Shown here in pieces: positions 1 to 13,320 of a stretch of DNA of 64,000 nt. How positions within the stretch are numbered: the stretch's first letter is position 1; every line of letters starts with the position of its first letter. Made by a program: the position numbers and the translations under genes. The notes under the pieces were generated by a model. It did not search any database. It was not told the origin of the DNA and was given only the letters and a program-made list of their open reading frames with translations. Source of the stretch: Eledone cirrhosa (Eukaryota); NCBI GenBank assembly GCA_964016885.1, contig OZ024741.1, positions 401,016,001 through 401,080,000 of the forward strand, read 5' to 3'.

Positions 1-2999
1 CACACTCACTGTTTGGGGAGAGTCATATTGTTATAATATTGCGAAAAATAGTAAAACACACTCACTGTTTGGGGAGGGTCATATTGTTATAATATTGCCA
101 AATATAGTAAAACAGACTCATTGTTTGGGGAGAGTCATATTGTTATAATATTGCGAAAAATTGTAAGACACACTCACTGTTTGGGGAGAGTCATGTTGCC
201 CTAATATTGCCAAAAATAGTAAAACACACTCACTGTTTGGGGAGTGTCATATTGTTATAATATTGCCAAAAATAGTAAAACACACTCACTGTTTGGGGAG
301 GGTCATCTTGTTATAATATTGCCAAAAATAGTAAAACACACTGACTGTTTGGGGAGGGTCATATTGTTATAATATTGCCAAAAATAGTAAATCACACTCA
401 TTGTTTGGGAAGGGTCATATTGTTATAATATTGCCAAAAATAGTAAAACACACTGACTGTTTGGGGAGGGTCATATTTTTATAATATTGCCAAAAATAGT
501 AAATCACACTCACTGTTTGGGGAGGGTCATACTATTATAATATTGCAAAAAATAGTAAAACACACTCACTGTTTGGGGAGGGTCATATTATTATAATATT
601 GGCCAAAATAGTAAAAAACACTCACTGTTTAGGGAGGGTCATATTGTTATGATTTTACCAAAAATAGTAAAGCATACTCACTGTTTGGAGAGGGTCATAT
701 TGTTATAATATTGCCAAAAATATTAAAGCACACTCACTGTTTGGGGAGGCTCATATTGTTATAATATTGCCAAAAATAGTAAAACACACTGACTGTTTGG
801 GGAGGGTCATATTGTTATAATATTGTCAAAAATAGTAAAACACACTCAGTTTTGGGAGGGTCATATTGTTAATATTGCCAAAAGTAGTAGAATACACTCA
901 CTGTTTGTGGAGGGTCATGTCCTAATAATTACATAAATAGTAAAACACACTCACTGTTTGCGGAGGGTCAAATTGTTATTCATATTGCAAAGAATAGTAA
1001 AACACACTCACTGTTTGCAGAGGGTCATGTTGCCCTAATATTGCCAAAAGTAGTAAAACACACTCACTGTTTGGGGAGGGTCATGTTGTTATAATATTGC
1101 CAAAAATAGTAGAAAACACTCACTGTTTGCGGAGGGTCATGTTGCCTTAATATTGCCAAAAATAGTAAAACACACTCATTGTTTGGGGAGGGTCATATTG
1201 TTATAATATTGCCAAAAATAGTAAAACACACTCACTGTTTGGGGAGGGTCATATTGTTATAATATTGCCAAAAATAGTAAAACACAAACACTGTTTGGGG
1301 AGAGTCATGTTGCCCTAATATTATAATATTGCCAAAAATACTGAAACAGACTCACTGCTTGGGGAGGGTCATATCCTAATATTTACAAAAATAGTAAAAC
1401 ACACTCACTGTTTGGTGTGGGTCATATTGTTATAATATTGCGAAAAATAGTAGAACACACTCACTGTTTGCGGAGGGTCATATGCTAATATTGCCAAAAA
1501 TAGTAAGACACAAACACTGTTTGCAGAGGGTCAAATTGTTATATTACCAAAAATAGTAAAACACACTCACTGTTTGGAGAGGATCATATTGTTATAATAT
1601 TGCCAAAAATAGTAAAACACACTCACTGTTTGGGGAGGGTCATATTGTTAATATTGCGAAAAGTAGTAGAATACACTCACTGTCTGGGGAGCGTCATGTT
1701 GCCCTAATATTGTCAAAAATAGTAAAACACACTCACGGTTTGGGGAGGGTCATATTGTTATAATATTGCCAAAAATAGTAAAACAAGCTCACTGTTTGAG
1801 GAGGGTCATATTGTTATGATATTGCCAAAAACAGTAAAACACACTCATTGTTTGGGCAGGGTCATATTACCAAAACTAGTTAAACACGCTCACTTTTGGG
1901 GAGGCTCATATTGTTATAATATTGCCAAAAATAGTAAAACACACTCACTGTTTGGGGAGGGTCATATTGTTATAATATTGCCAAAAATAGTAAAACACAC
2001 TCACTGTTTGGGGAGGGTCATATTGTTATAATATTGCCAAAAATAGTAAAATACACTGACTGTTTGGAGAGGGTCATATTGTTATAAAATTGCCAAAAAT
2101 AGTAAATCACACTCACTGTTTGGGGAGGGTCATATTATAATATTGCAAAAAATAGTAAAACACACTCATTGTTTGGGGAGGGTCATATTGTTATAATATA
2201 GCCAAAAATAGTAAAAAACACTCACTGTTTGGGGAGGGTCATATTGTTATAATATTGCAAAGAATAGTAAGACACATTCACTGTTTGGGGAGGGTCATCT
2301 AGTTATAATATTGCCAAAAATAGTAAAACACACTGACTGTTTGGGGAGGGTCATATTGTTATAATATTGCCAAAAATAGTAAATCACACTCACTGTTTGG
2401 GGAGGGTCATATTATTATAATATTGCAAAAAATAGTAAAACACACTAACTGTTTGGGGAGGGTCATTTTGTTATAATATTGGCAAAAATAGTAAAAAACA
2501 CTCACTGTTTGGGGAGGATCATATTGTTATAATATTGCCAAAATTAGTAAAACACACTCACTGTTTGGGGAGGATCATATTGTTATAATATTGCCAAAAT
2601 TAGTAAAACACACTCACTGCTTGGGGAGGGTCATATCCTAATATTTACAAAAATAGTAAAACACACTCACTGTTTGCAGAGGTTCAAATTGTTATAATAT
2701 TACCAAAAATAGTAAAACACACTCACTGTTTGGGGAGGATAATATTGTTATAATATTGCCAAAAATAGTAAAACACACTCACTGTTTGGGGAGGGTCATA
2801 TTGTTAATATTGCGAAAAGTAGTAGAATACACTCACTGTTTGGGGAGGGTCATAATGTTAATATTGACAAAAGTAGTAGAATACACTCTCTGTTTGGGGA
2901 GGGTCATATTGTTATAATATTGCCAAAAATAGTAAAACAAGCTCACAGTTTGAGGAGGGTCATATTGTTATAATATTGCCAAAAATAGTAAAACACACT

Positions 3000-5900
3000 C
3001 ACTGTTTGGGGAGGGTCATATTGTTATATTATAGCAAAAAATAGTAAAACACACTCACTGTTTGCGGAGGGTCATATGCTAATATTGCCAAAAGTAGTAA
3101 AACACACTCACTGTTTGCGGAGGGTCAAATTGTTATAATATTACCAAAAATAGTAAAACACACTCACTGTTTGGGGATGGTCATATTGCTATAATATTGC
3201 GAAAAATAGTAGAACACACTGTTTGCGGAGGGTCATGTCCTAATATTGCCAAAATTATAAAGCACACTCACTGTTAGGAGAGGGTGATGTCCTAATATTG
3301 CCAATATTGGTAAATCACACTCACTGTTTGGGGAGGGTAATATTGTTATAACATTGCCAAATATATTGGAACGCAGTCACTGTTTGCGGAGGGTCATGTC
3401 CTAATATTGCCAAAAATAGTAAAACACACTCACTGTTTGTGGAGGGAACTATTGTTATAATATTACCAAAAATAGTAAAACACACTCACTGTTTCGGGAG
3501 GGTCATATTGTTATAATATTGCGAAAAATAGTAAAACACACTCACTATTTGGGGAGGGTCATATTGTTATAATATTGTCAAAAATATTAAAACACACTCA
3601 CTGTTTGGGGAGGGTCATACTGTTTTTAATAATGCGACAAATAGTAAAACACACTCAATGTTTGGGGAGGGTCATATTGTTATAATATTGATAAAAATAG
3701 TAAAACACACTCACTGTTTTGGGAGGGGCATACTATTATAATATTGCAAAAAATAGTAAAACACACTCACTGTTTGGGGAGGGTCATATTGTTATAATAT
3801 TGGCAAAAATAGTAAAGCACACTCACTGTTTGGGGAGGGTAATATTGTTATAATATTGCCAAAAATAGTAGAAAACACTCACTCTTTGCGGAGGGTCATG
3901 TTGCTTTAATATTGCCAAAAATAGTAAAACACACTCATTGTTTGTGGAGGGTCATGTTGTTATCATATTGCCAAAAATAGTAAATCACACTCACTGTTTG
4001 GGGAGGGTAATATTGTTATAATATTGCGAAAAATAGTAAAACACATTCACTGTTTGGGGAGGGTCATCTTGTTATAATATTGCCAAAAATAGTAAAACAC
4101 ACTGACTGTTTGGGGAGGGTCATATTGTTATAATATTGTCAAAAATAGTAAAACACACTCAGTTTCGGGAGGGTCATATTGTTAATATTGCCAAAAGTAG
4201 TAGAATACGCTCACTGTTTGTGGAGGGTCATGTCCTAATAATTACATAAATAGTAAAACACACTCACTGTTTGGGGTGGGTCATATGCTAATATTGCCAA
4301 AAATAGTAAAACACACTCACTGTTTGCGGAGGGTCAAATTGTTATAATATTATCAAAAATAGTAAAACACACTCACTGTTTGGGGAGGGTCATATTGTTA
4401 TAATATTTCGAAAAATAGTAGAACACACTGTTTGCGGAGGGTCAATTTATTATAATATTACCAAAAATAGTAAAACACACTCACTGTTTGGGGAGGGTCA
4501 TATTGTTATAATATTGCCAAAAATATTAGAACACACACCCTGTTTGCAGAGGGTCATGTCCTAATATTGCCAAAAATAGTAAAACACACTCACTGTTTGT
4601 GGAGGGACCTAGTGTTATAATATTGCCAAAAATAGTAAAACACACTCACTGTTTGGGGAGGGTCATATTGTTATAATATTGCAAAGAATAGTAAAACACA
4701 CTCATTGTTTGCAGAGGGTCGTGTTGCCCTAATATTGCCAAAAGTAGTAAAACACACTCACTGTTTGGGGAGGGTCATGTTGTTATAATATTGCCAAAAA
4801 TAGTAAAACACACTCACTGTTTGGGGAGTGTCATATTGTTATAATATTGCGAAAAATAGTAAAACACATTCACTGTTTGGGGAGGGTCATATTGTTATAA
4901 TATTGCCAAAAATAGTAAAACACACTGACTGTTTGGGGAGGGTCATATTGTTATAATATTGCCAAAAATAGTAAATCACACTCATTGTTTGGGGAGGGTC
5001 ATATTTTTATAATATTGCCAAAACTAGTAAAACACACTCATTGTTTGGGAAGGGTCATATTGTTATAATATTGCCAAAAATAGTAAAATACATTCATTGT
5101 TTGGGGAGGGTCATATTGCAAAAATAGTAAAACACGCTCACTTTTGGGGAGGGTCATATTATTATAATATTGCAAAAAATAGTAAAACACACTCACTGTT
5201 TGGGGAGGATGATATTGTTATAATATTGGCAAAAATAGTAAAACACATTCACTGTTTGGGGAGGGTCATGTTGTTATAATATTGCCAAAAATAGTAGAAA
5301 ACACTAACTCTTTGCGGAGGGTCATGTTGCTTTAATATTGCCAAAAATAGTAAAACACACTCATTGTTTGTGGAGGGTCATGTTGTTATAATATTGCCAA
5401 AAATAGTAAATCATACTCACTGTTTGGGGAGGGTAATATTGTTATAATATTGTCAAAAATAGTAAAACACACTCAGTTTGGGGAGGGTAAAATTGTTATA
5501 ATATTACCAAAAATAGTAAAACACACTCACTGTTTGGGGAGGGTCATATTGTTATAATATTGCAAAAAATAGTAGAACACACTGTTTGCGGAGTGTCATG
5601 TCCTAATATTGCCAAAATTATAAAGCACACTCACTGTTAGGAGAGGGTGATGTCCTCATATTGCCAATATTGGTAAAACACACTCACTGTTTGGGGAGGG
5701 TAATATTGTTATAACATTGCCAAAAAAATTGGAACGCACTCACTGTTTGCGGAGGGTCATGTCCTTATATTGCCAAAAATATTAAAACACACTCACTGTT
5801 TGTGGAGGGAACTATTATTATAATATTGCCAAAAATAGTAAAACACATTCACTGTTTGGTGAGGGTCATATTGTTATAATATTGCAAAGAATAGTAAAAC

Positions 5901-8900
5901 ACACTCACTGTTTCGGGAGGGTCATATTGTTATAATATTGCGAAAAATAGTAAAACACACTCACTATTTGGGGAGGGTCATATTGTTATAATATTGTCAA
6001 AAATAGTAAAACACACTCACTGTTTGGGGAGGGTCATATTGTTTTTAATATTGCAAAAAATAGTAAAACACACTCACTGTTTGGGGAGGGTCATATTGTT
6101 ATAATATTGCCAAAAATAGTAAAGCACACTCACTGTTTGGGGAGGATCATGTCCTAATATTTCCAAAAATAGTAAATCACACTCACTGTTTGTGGAGGGA
6201 CCTATTGTTATAATATTGCCAAAAATAGTAAAACACACTCACTGTTTGGGGAGGGTCATACTGTTATAATATTGCTAAGAATAGTAAAACACACTCACTG
6301 TTTGGGGAGGGTCATGTTGTTATAATATTGCCAAAAATAGTAGAAAACACTCACTGTTTGCGGAGGGTCATGTTGCCCTAATATTGCCAAAAATAGTAAT
6401 ACACACTCACTGTTTGGGGAGGGTCAAATTGTTATAATATTACCAAAACTAGTAAAACACACTCACTGTTTGGGGAGGATCATATTGTTATAATATTGCA
6501 AAAAATAGTAAAACACACTCACTGTTTGGGGAGGGTCATATTGTTAATATTGCGAAAAGTAGTAGAATACACTCTCTGTTTGGGGAGGGTCATGTTGCCC
6601 TAATATTGCCAAAAACAGTAATACACACTCACTGTTTGGGGTGGGTCATATTGTTATAATATTGCCAAAAATAGTAAAACAAGCTCACTGTTTGAGGAGG
6701 GTCATATTGTTATAATATTGCCAAAAATAGTAAAACACACTCATTGTTTGGGCTGGGTCATATTGCCAAAACTAGTAAAACACGCTCACTTTTGGGGAGG
6801 GTCATATTGTTATAATATTGCCAAAAATAGTAAAGCACACTCACTGTTTGGGGAGGATCATGTCCTAATATTTCCAAAAATAGTAAAACATACTCACTGT
6901 TTCGAGATGGTCATGTTGCCCTAATATTTCTAAAAATAGTAAAACACACTCACTGTTTGGGGAGGGTCATCTTGTTATAATATTGCCAAAAATAGTAAAA
7001 CACACTGACTGTTTGGGGAGGGTCATATTGTTATAATATTGCCAAAAATAGTAAATCACACTCACTGTTTGGGGAGGGTCATATTGTTATAATATTGCGA
7101 TAAATAGCAGAACACACTCACTGTTTGCAGAGGGTCATATGCTAATATTGCCAAAAATAGTAAAACACACTCACTGTTTGGAGAGGGTCAAATTGTTATA
7201 TTATTACCAAAAATAGTAAAACACACTCACTGTTTGGGGAGGGTCATATTGTTATATTATTGCAAAAAATAGTAAAACACACTCACTGTTTGCGGAGGGT
7301 CATATGCTAATATTGCCAAAAGTAGTAAAACACACTCACTGTTTGCGGAGGGTCAAATTGTTATAATATTACCAGAAATAGTAAAACACACTCACTGTTT
7401 GGGGATGGTCATATTGTTATAATATTGCGAAAAATAGTAGAACACACTGTTTGCGGAGTGTCATGTCCTAATATTGCCAAAATTATAAAGCACACTCACT
7501 GTTAGGAGAGGGTGATGTCCTCATATTGCCAATATTGGTAAAACACACTCACTGTTTGGGGAGGGTAATATTGTTATAACATTGCCAAAAAAATTGGAAC
7601 GCACTCACTGTTTGCGGAGGGTCATGTCCTTATATTGCCAAAAATATTAAAACACACTCACTGTTTGTGGAGGGAACTATTATTATAATATTGCCAAAAA
7701 TAGTAAAACACATTCACTGTTTGGTGAGGGTCATATTGTTATAATATTGCAAAGAATAGTAAAACACACTCACTGTTTCGGGAGGGTCATATTGTTATAA
7801 TATTGCGAAAAATAGTAAAACACACTCACTATTTGGGGAGGGTCATATTGTTATAATATTGTCAAAAATAGTAAAACACACTCACTGTTTGGGGAGGGTC
7901 ATATTGTTTTTAATATTGCAAAAAATAGTAAAACACACTCACTGTTTGGGGAGGGTCATATTGTTATAATATTGCCAAAAATAGTAAAGCACACTCACTG
8001 TTTGGGGAGGATCATGTCCTAATATTTCCAAAAATAGTAAATCACACTCACTGTTTGTGGAGGGACCTATTGTTATGATATTGCCAAAAATAGTAAAACA
8101 CTCTCACTGTTTGGGGAGGGTCATACTGTTATAATATTGCTAAGAATAGTAAAACACACTCACTGTTTGGGGAGGGTCATGTTGTTATAATATTGCCAAA
8201 AATAGTAGAAAACACTCACTGTTTGCGGAGGGTCATGTTGCCCGAATATTGCCAAAAATAGTAATACACACTCACTGTTTGGGGAGGGTCAAATTGTTAT
8301 AATATTACCAAAACTAGTAAAACACACTCACTGTTTGGGGAGGATCATATTGTTATAATATTGCAAAAAATAGTAAAACACACTCACTGTTTGGGGAGGG
8401 TCATATTGTTAATATTGCGAAAAGTAGTAGAATACACTCTCTGTTTGGGGAGGGTCATGTTGCCCTAATATTGCCAAAAACAGTAATACACACTCACTGT
8501 TTGGGGTGGGTCATATTGTTATAATATTGCCAAAAATAGTAAAACAAGCTCACTGTTTGAGGAGGGTCATATTGTTATAATATTGCCAAAAATAGTAAAA
8601 CACACTCATTGTTTGGGCTGGGTCATATTGCCAAAACTAGTAAAACACGCTCACTTTTGGGGAGGGTCATATTGTTATAATATTGCCAAAAATAGTAAAG
8701 CACACTCACTGTTTGGGGAGGATCATGTCCTAATATTTCCAAAAATAGTAAAACATACTCACTGTTTCGAGATGGTCATGTTGCCCTAATATTTCTAAAA
8801 ATAGTAAAACACACTCACTGTTTGGGGAGGGTCATCTTGTTATAATATTGCCAAAAATAGTAAAACACACTGACTGTTTGGGGAGGGTCATATTGTTATA

Positions 8901-11900
8901 ATATTGCCAAAAATAGTAAATCACACTCACTGTTTGGGGAGGGTCATATTGTTATAATATTGCGATAAATAGCAGAACACACTCACTGTTTGCAGAGGGT
9001 CATATGCTAATATTGCCAAAAATAGTAAAACACACTCACTGTTTGGAGAGGGTCAAATTGTTATATTATTACCAAAAATAGTAAAACACACTCACTGTTT
9101 GGGGAGGGTCATATTGTTATATTATTGCAAAAAATAGTAAAACACACTCACTGTTTGCGGAGGGTCATATGCTAATATTGCCAAAAGTAGTAAAACACAC
9201 TCACTGTTTGCGGAGGGTCAAATTGTTATAATATTACCAGAAATAGTAAAACACACTCACTGTTTGGGGATGGTCATATTGTTATAATATTGCGAAAAAT
9301 AGTAGAACACACTGTTTGCGGAGGGTCATGTCCTAATATTGCCAAAATTATAAAGCACACTCACTGTTAGGAGAGGGTGATGTCTTAATATTGCCAATAT
9401 TGGTAAAACACACTCACTGTTTGGGGAGGGTAATATTGTTATAACATTGCCAAAAATATTGGAACGCAGTCACTGTTTGCGGAGGGTCATGTCCTAATAT
9501 TGCCAAAAATAGTAAAACACACTCACTGTTTGTGGAGGGAACTATTGTTATAATATTACCAAAAATAGTAAAACACACTCACTGTTTCGGGAGGGTCATA
9601 TTGTTATTATATTGCGAAAAATAGTAAAACACACTCACTATTTGGGGAGGGTCATATTGTTATAATATTGTCAAAAATATTAAAACACACTCACTGTTTG
9701 GGGAGGGTCATCCTGTTTTTAATAATGCGACAAATAGTAAAACACACTCAACGTTTGGGGAGGGTCATATTGTTATAATATTGATAAAAATAGTAAAACA
9801 CACTCACTGTTTTGGGAGGGTCATATTATTATAATATTGCAAAAAATAGTAAAACACACTCACTGTTTGGGGAGGGTCATATTGTTATAATATTGGCAAA
9901 AATAGTAAAGCACACTCACTGTTTGGGGAGGGTAATATTGTTATAATATTGCCAAAAATAGTAGAAAACACTCACTCTTTGCGGAGGGTCATGTTGCTTT
10001 AATATTGCCAAAAATAGTAAAACACACTCATTGTTTGTGGAGGGTCATGTTGTTATCATATTGCCAAAAATAGTAAATCACACTCACTGTTTGGGGAGGG
10101 TAATATTGTAATAATATTGCGAAAAAGAGTAAAACACATTCACTGTTTGGGGAGGGTCATCTTGTTATAATATTGCCAAAAATAGTAAAACACACTGACT
10201 GTTTGGGGAGGTCATATTGTTATAATATTGTCAAAAATAGTAAAACACACTCAGTTTCGGGAGGGTCATATTGTTAATATTGCCAAAAGTAGTAGAATAC
10301 GCTCACTGTTTGTGGAGGGTCATGTCCTAATAATTACATAAATAGTAAAACACACTCACTGTTTGGGGTGGGTCATATGCTAATATTGCCAAAAATAGTA
10401 AAACACACTCACTGTTTGCGGAGGGTCAAATTGTTATAATATTATCAAAAATAGTAAAACACACTCACTGTTTGGGGAGGGTCATATTGTTATAATATTT
10501 CGAAAAATAGTAGAACACACTGTTTGCGGAGGGTCAATTTATTATAATATTACCAAAAATAGTAAAACACACTCACTTTTTGGGGAGGGTCATATTGTTA
10601 TAATATTGCCAAAAATATTAGAACACACACCCTGTTTGCAGAGGGTCATGTCCTAATATTGCCAAAAATAGTAAAACACACTCACTGTTTGTGGAGGGAC
10701 CTAGTGTTATAATATTGCCAAAAATAGTAAAACACACTCACTGTTTGGGGAGGGTCATATTTTATAATATTGCAAAGAATAGTAAAACACACTCATTGTT
10801 TGCAGAGGGTCGTGTTGCCCTAATATTGCCAAAAGTAGTAAAACACACTCACTGTTTGGGGAGGGTCATGTTGTTATAATATTGCCAAAAATAGTAAAAC
10901 ACACTCACTGTTTGGGGAGTGTCATATTGTTATAATATTGCGAAAAATAGTAAAACACATTCACTGTTTGGGGAGGGTCATATTGTTATAATATTGCCAT
11001 AAATAGTAAAACACACTGACTGTTTGGGGAGGGTCATATTGTTATAATATTGCCAAAAATAGTAAATCACACACATTGTTTGGGGAGGGTCATATTTTTA
11101 TAATATTGCCAAAACTAGTAAAACACACTCATTGTTTGGGGAGGGTCATATTGTTATAATATTGCCAAAAATAGTAAAATACATTCATTGTTTGGGGAGG
11201 GTCATATTGCAAAAATAGTAAAACACGCTCACTTTTGGGGAGGGTCATATTATTATAATATTGCAATAAATAGTAAAACACACTCACTGTTTGGGGAGGA
11301 TCATATTGTTATAATATTGGCAAAAATAGTAAAACACATTCACTTTTTGGGGAGGGTCATGTTGTTATAATATTGCCAAAAATAGTAGAAAACACTCACT
11401 CTTTACGGAGGGTCATGTTGCTTTAATATTGCCAAAAATAGTAAAACACACTCATTGTTTGTGGAGGGTCATGTTGTTATAATATTGCCAAAAATAGTAA
11501 ATCATACTCACTGTTTGGGGAGGGTAATATTGTTATAATATTGTCAAAAATAGTAAAACACACTCAGTTTGGGGAGGGTAAAATTGTTATAATATTACCA
11601 AAAATAGTAAAACACACTCACTGTTTGGGGAGGGTCATATTGTTATAATATTGCAAAAAATAGTAGAACACACTGTTTGCGGAGTGTCATGTCCTAATAT
11701 TGCCAAAATTATAAAGCACACTCACTGTTAGGAGAGGGTGATGTCCTCATATTGCCAATATTGGTAAAACACACTCACTGTTTGGGGAGGGTAATATTGT
11801 TATAACATTGCCAAAAATATTGGAAGGCACTCACTGTTTGCGGAGGGTCATGTCCTTATATTGCAAAAAATATTAAAACACACTCACTGTTTGTGGAGGG

Positions 11901-13320
11901 AACTATTATTATAATATTGCCAAAAATAGTAAAACACATTCACTGTTTGGTGAGGATCATATTGTTATAATATTGCAAAGAATAGTAAAACACACTCACT
12001 GTTTCGGGAGGGTCATATTGTTATAATATTGCGAAAAATAGTAAAACACACTCACTATTTGGGGAGGGTCATATTGTTATAATATTGTCAAAAATAGTAA
12101 AACACACTCACTGTTTGGGGAGGGTCATATTGTTTTTAATATTGCAAAAATAGTAAAACACACTCACTGTTTGGGGAGGGTCATATTGTTATAATATTGC
12201 CAAAAATAGTAAAGCACACTCACTGTTTGGGGAGGATCATGTCCTAATATTTCCAAAAATAGTAAAACACACTCACTGTTTGTGGAGGGCCCTATTGTTA
12301 TAATATTGCCAAAAATAGTAAAACACACTCACTGTTTGGGGAGGGTCATACGGTTATAATATTGCTAAGAATAGTAAAACACACTCACTGTTTGAGGAGG
12401 GTCATGTTGTTATAATATTGCCAAAAATAGTAGAAAACACTCACTGTTTGCGGAGGGTCATGTTGCCCTAATATTGCCAAAAATAGTAATACACACTCAC
12501 TGTTTGGGGAGGGTCAAATTGTTATAATATTACCAAAAATAGTAAAACACACTCACTGTTTGGGGAGGATCATATTGTTATAATATTGCCAAAAATAGTA
12601 AAACACACTCACTGTTTGGGGAGGGTCATATTGTTAATATTGCGAAAAGTAGTAGAATACACTCTCTGTTTGGGGAGGGTCATGTTGCCCTAATATTGCC
12701 AAAAACAGTAATACACACTCACTGTTTGGGGTGGGTCATATTGTTATAATATTGCCAAAAATAGTAAAACAAGCTCACTGTTTGAGGAGGGTCATATTGT
12801 TATAATATTGCCAAAAATAGTAAAACACACTCATTGTTTGGGCTGGGTCATATTGCCAAAACTAGTAAAACACGCTCACTTTTGGGGAGGGTCATATTGT
12901 TATAATATTGCCAAAAATAGTAAAGCACACTCACTGTTTGGGGAGGATCATGTCCTAATATTTCCAAAAATAGTAAAACATACTCACTGTTTCGAGATGG
13001 TCATGTTGCCCTAATATTTCTAAAAATAGTAAAACACACTCACTGTTTGGGGAGGGTCATCTTGTTATAATATTGCCAAAAATAGTAAAACACACTGACT
13101 GTTTGGGGAGGGTCATATTGTTATAATATTGCCAAAAATAGTAAATCACACTCACTGTTTGGGGAGGGTCATATTGTTATAATATTGCGATAAATAGCAG
13201 AACACACTCACTGTTTGCAGAGGGTCATATGCTAATATTGCCAAAAATAGTAAAACACACTCACTGTTTGCAGAGGGTCAAATTGTTATATTATTACCAA
13301 AAATAGTAAAACACACTCAC
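3000..13320 (+). repeat. Higher-order repeat block: about 4.2-kb unit, a 1865-bp shortened unit, then another about 4.2-kb unit
   Basis: Diagnostic monomer TTGTTATATTA at about 3021, 7249 and 9113; identical 68-aa artefact ORFs at 6718, 8583 (+1865) and 12808 (+6090); ORF pair 5097/11188 (+6091). Boundaries approximate. Confidence 0.8.

Noticed and set aside
11-23. Telomere-like TTTGGGG / TTAGG motifs and G-quadruplex potential
   Set aside because: One motif per 56 bp, never in tandem; only two G-tracts per monomer with the next pair about 48 nt away.
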